A stretch of 38,430 bases of DNA, from IMG/VR virus record IMGVR_UViG_2778261428_000003, positions 1-38,430 of that record. One strand, given 5' to 3'. Within the stretch, counting starts at the first letter, position 1; each line of letters starts with the position of its first letter. Below the pieces are notes generated by a model. That model saw nothing but the letters and a program-made list of their open reading frames with translations. It searched no databases and was not told where the DNA came from. This document shows, piece by piece, positions 35,444 to 38,430 of this stretch. A program made the translations under genes and the position numbers. Source of the DNA: a virus (taxonomy: Duplodnaviria; Heunggongvirae; Uroviricota; Caudoviricetes).

Positions 35444-37039
35444 ATGGCTGAAGCAGCAAAAAAAACTCCACAAAAGCTGAATGAAAAAAAAGGCTCAACA
35501 TCAGCATCATCACTTGAGATTGTGAATTCACGACAATCAAAAGATATTTATCTTGGATTGTGTGGATATGTTGGATGTGGCATGAGAACGATAAACAAAA
35601 TTATCGAAGAGATATCCAAAGAATGGGGGTATAATGTTGTACACATCCGCATAAGTGCGCTTATGGAAAACCCATTATATTTTGAGCCAGCAGCACTGGA
35701 GGTATCCGAAAGCACACAAGTTAATAGACATTTAAAACTCCAGGATATTGCCAATAAGCTTCGTAAACATTACAAAAAAAATGAGTTGCTTGCAGAAGCT
35801 GCTATTGCAGCAATCGCAGCAGAGAAAAATAATATTGATTATAATAATGATGAATATAAAGGTACTGTCTTCATCATTGATCAATTCAAAAGGCCGGAAG
35901 AAATAGAGTTATTCAGAGTTATATATCAGCATAATTTCTATTTATTAGGAGTTTTGCGCGATTTAGATTACCGAATTCCGAATCTCATTGCTGACGAATC
36001 GACAAAGGACGACCTTCATTTAATTATCAATATTGATAATAAATCCTCTGATCCGTATGGACAAAGAACCGGGGAAACCATTCTTGATTCAGATTTTTTT
36101 ATTAAAAATAACTTCAGCCAAAAAAGTGAATTAAAGAAGAAGATTGATCGGTTTTTCGGTCTTATTCATGGCAAAAATGGTTTAACACCAACTTTTAACG
36201 AGAAAGGTATGTATGCTGCCTTTTCAACATCATTACAATCAGCTTGTTTATCACGTCAAGTAGGGGCTGCACTGTTTGATGATGAAGGGAATTTGCTTGC
36301 CGTGGGTAAGAACGACGTACCTAAAGCTGGTGGCGGGTTGTATAGCAGTGATGATTTTGATAACGATCATCGATGCGTTCACAAAAGTGGTAAGTGTTAT
36401 AATGATGCAAACAAGCTAAAAATTAAAGACCGTATAAAAAGCATATTATCAACCGAAGTAAGAAATGTATTAGGTATTTCCGCAGGACAAACTGTTGCCG
36501 ATATTAATATAACACGACTTCTAAACAAATTAGATAATATTGCAGAAGGCATTTACAAAGACAGCAAAATATCAAGTGTAATGGAGTATTCCAGATCAAT
36601 TCATGCTGAAATGGACGTCATTACATCAATGGCTAGAAAACAAAACGGCGATACTAAAGATAAAATTCTTTTTACGACAACCTATCCCTGCCACAACTGT
36701 GCAAGGCATATTGTCGCAGCTGGAATAAAAAAAGTAGTATATATAGAGCCATTTGATAAAAGCCTTGCTCTTGATCTGCATAATGATGCAATAACAAAGA
36801 ACGAAGAATCATCCAAAGTAATATTTTGTGATTTTGAGGGGGTATCACCCCGCCGCTACCATAAATTTTTCAGACCAACGGATGAACGTAAAGATGATAA
36901 AACAGGGACTGCAAATAAATTTAATGCTCGCTACAAAAATCATATAGATGTTCAATATCTTGATGATTATAGAAAGTATGAGACTGTTGTAGCTAAGAAA
37001 TTTATAAACGAGATTGCTAAACCAGAGTCTCAGCCATAA
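35444..37039 (+). CDS. avcD: AvcD-like antiphage deaminase: N-terminal P-loop-like domain fused to C-terminal cytidine/dCMP deaminase domain
   Basis: Zinc-dependent deaminase signature H-A-E (aa 387-389, SIHAEMDVI) and P-C-x-x-C (aa 415-419, TYPCHNCARH); Gly-rich loop GLCGYVGCGMRT at aa 38-49; 531 aa; AT-rich; between xis and int. Confidence 0.8.
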   Translation: MAEAAKKTPQKLNEKKGSTSASSLEIVNSRQSKDIYLGLCGYVGCGMRTINKIIEEISKEWGYNVVHIRISALMENPLYFEPAALEVSESTQVNRHLKLQDIANKLRKHYKKNELLAEAAIAAIAAEKNNIDYNNDEYKGTVFIIDQFKRPEEIELFRVIYQHNFYLLGVLRDLDYRIPNLIADESTKDDLHLIINIDNKSSDPYGQRTGETILDSDFFIKNNFSQKSELKKKIDRFFGLIHGKNGLTPTFNEKGMYAAFSTSLQSACLSRQVGAALFDDEGNLLAVGKNDVPKAGGGLYSSDDFDNDHRCVHKSGKCYNDANKLKIKDRIKSILSTEVRNVLGISAGQTVADINITRLLNKLDNIAEGIYKDSKISSVMEYSRSIHAEMDVITSMARKQNGDTKDKILFTTTYPCHNCARHIVAAGIKKVVYIEPFDKSLALDLHNDAITKNEESSKVIFCDFEGVSPRRYHKFFRPTDERKDDKTGTANKFNARYKNHIDVQYLDDYRKYETVVAKKFINEIAKPESQP

Positions 37040-37045
37040 CTGTTT

Positions 37046-37086
37046 CCACTCCTTATTTCTGTAAGGATAAGGAGTGGTATTTTTAT
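37046..37086 (+). terminator. Rho-independent terminator after the deaminase gene
   Basis: ccactcctta ... taaggagtgg 10-bp stem followed by TATTTTTAT. Confidence 0.6.
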
Positions 37087-37191
37087 AAGTATAATGACTG
37101 CCTCTTCATAAATCAGCAAATCGAAATATCAGCAACCAGTTAATTATAATCCAAGAATCATTACTATTTTCTTACTCTGTATGTCCATTCA

Positions 37192-38430
37192 TTATTCAAT
37201 AGGCTGTCTGTTGGAACCTAAATTAGTGTAAGTAAGAATCGAATCAACCCTATCCCACCATGCCTGATAGGCTTTACGCTGTTCTTCTAGATAATCACTC
37301 TTATCATAAACTTGCCATACCCCTGGCAGTTTATGACCGAGCATTATTTCAGCAATATGAGGCGCAGTAAGATCAGAAAAGTTTGTTCGTGCTGTTCGTC
37401 TCAAATCATGAAGAGACCAATGAGGAAATTGATACCCCAAACGCCGCCATGCGTACTGCATTAAATTGTAAGGCAGCGACTGCAATGATGTCCGACCAAC
37501 TGGCTCCTTGCTTCCTTCCTTGGTAAAAAGCATATCGGAACCGTTGTTCATAGAGATAACGTATTTTATAAGCTCTTCAACCGGTTCAATAATGGGGCGC
37601 TTTAGCGGTTCGCCTGTTATATCACCTGTCTTATGTCGTTCTGGCGGTACAGTCCATACCTTATTAATGAAATCAAAATCATCCACCCTGGCAGTAATCA
37701 GCTCTGAACTACGACAGCCGAAATGCAGCAATAGTTTAATGAAGGCCCGGTATTTGGGAACCATTCGAGAACCATCGATCGCAGCATAAAGAATTTTAAT
37801 TTCATCGTGTGTCAGAAACCGTTTCTTCTGACCTTTACGGATATCCATATCTTTACCCGTGATGTCCGACAGCGGGCGAGTTTCAATAAACTTTCGCTTA
37901 TACGCCCAGACATGGGCCTGCTTTGCGTTAATTAGCAATCGGTCTGCTATTGCCGGAGTCTTAGTGCTAAGAGGCTCCAGGACCTCTAACCAATCATGCA
38001 ATGTAGCTGCATCATGAGGGATACTCCCGATTTTAGAGAACAGATGCAGTTCAAATGAGCGGAGTATCTGCTCAGAACCTTTTTTATTTTTTACACAATA
38101 TGCTTCATACCAGGCACGGATCACAGACTCTACCGTCATGGCTTCAGTAGCTTTGCGTTTTTCTGCCTGCCTGACCAATCGTGGATTGCGGTTTGACTCA
38201 AGTTCACCACGAAGACGGATAACTTCTTCTCTGGCCTCTTTTAATCCAGTTGCCGGGTAAGTTCCGATATCAAGTCGCTCGCCTTTCCCTGCCCATTGAT
38301 AACGATATTGGAACACTACGCGACCTTTCGGTGATACTCTGACAGACAGACCATCACGATCTGATTTAACCAAAACCTTATCGCGTTCCTTTCCAACGAC
38401 TGAACGCAACCACGCATCAGACAGCGCCAT
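37192..38430 (-). CDS. int: Tyrosine integrase, P4-type (N-terminal arm-binding DUF4102-like domain)
   Basis: 412 aa; C-terminal HDLRRT ... LGH ... Y catalytic motifs; ATG is the last three bases of the window. Confidence 0.9.
   Translation of the reverse strand: MALSDAWLRSVVGKERDKVLVKSDRDGLSVRVSPKGRVVFQYRYQWAGKGERLDIGTYPATGLKEAREEVIRLRGELESNRNPRLVRQAEKRKATEAMTVESVIRAWYEAYCVKNKKGSEQILRSFELHLFSKIGSIPHDAATLHDWLEVLEPLSTKTPAIADRLLINAKQAHVWAYKRKFIETRPLSDITGKDMDIRKGQKKRFLTHDEIKILYAAIDGSRMVPKYRAFIKLLLHFGCRSSELITARVDDFDFINKVWTVPPERHKTGDITGEPLKRPIIEPVEELIKYVISMNNGSDMLFTKEGSKEPVGRTSLQSLPYNLMQYAWRRLGYQFPHWSLHDLRRTARTNFSDLTAPHIAEIMLGHKLPGVWQVYDKSDYLEEQRKAYQAWWDRVDSILTYTNLGSNRQPIE

Noticed and set aside
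1-38430. tRNA genes, attachment sites or insertion sequences
   Set aside because: No tRNA-like T-arm or acceptor sequences, no transposase, and no direct repeats flanking the integrase are visible; both att sites are presumably outside the window

Overview
The whole window lies inside a mosaic lambdoid-type prophage of an enterobacterium (the endolysin looks like lambda R; several genes resemble E. coli cryptic-prophage genes of e14 and CPS-53). No attachment site, tRNA, rRNA, CRISPR array or IS element is visible. Nothing was computed or searched: all calls rest on reading the supplied ORF translations and the DNA by eye. On the minus strand, running from high to low coordinates, is a rightward operon: cro-like, CII-like, O-like replication initiator with internal iterons, PerC-like regulator, N6-adenine methyltransferase, LexA-DBD-like protein, RusA, KilA-N protein, DUF968 protein, Q antiterminator, holin, endolysin, Rz/Rz1 spanins, a small moron with its own terminator, HNH endonuclease, terminase small and large subunits, portal, prohead protease, HK97-type capsid, head-tail connectors, then a Mu-type contractile tail (sheath, tube, frameshifted chaperone, tape measure, baseplate), and finally a Pin-invertible tail-fibre switch with the pin invertase at the window start. 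On the plus strand are the CI repressor, a terminator, a strong promoter with operator half-sites, a leftward operon with yfdP/Q/R/S/T-like genes and an excisionase-like gene, and a P4-type integrase on the minus strand at the window end. Three visibly AT-rich islands sit in classic prophage cargo positions. The most interesting is an antisense two-gene cassette between Q and the holin (a 342-aa soluble protein plus a 191-aa four-TM membrane protein), which I propose as a candidate undescribed Rex-like exclusion or abortive-infection module. The second is a P-loop plus cytidine-deaminase fusion between the excisionase and integrase, consistent with the described AvcD/dCTP-deaminase defence family, with an AT-rich non-coding region upstream. 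The third is a 106-aa moron after the lysis genes.
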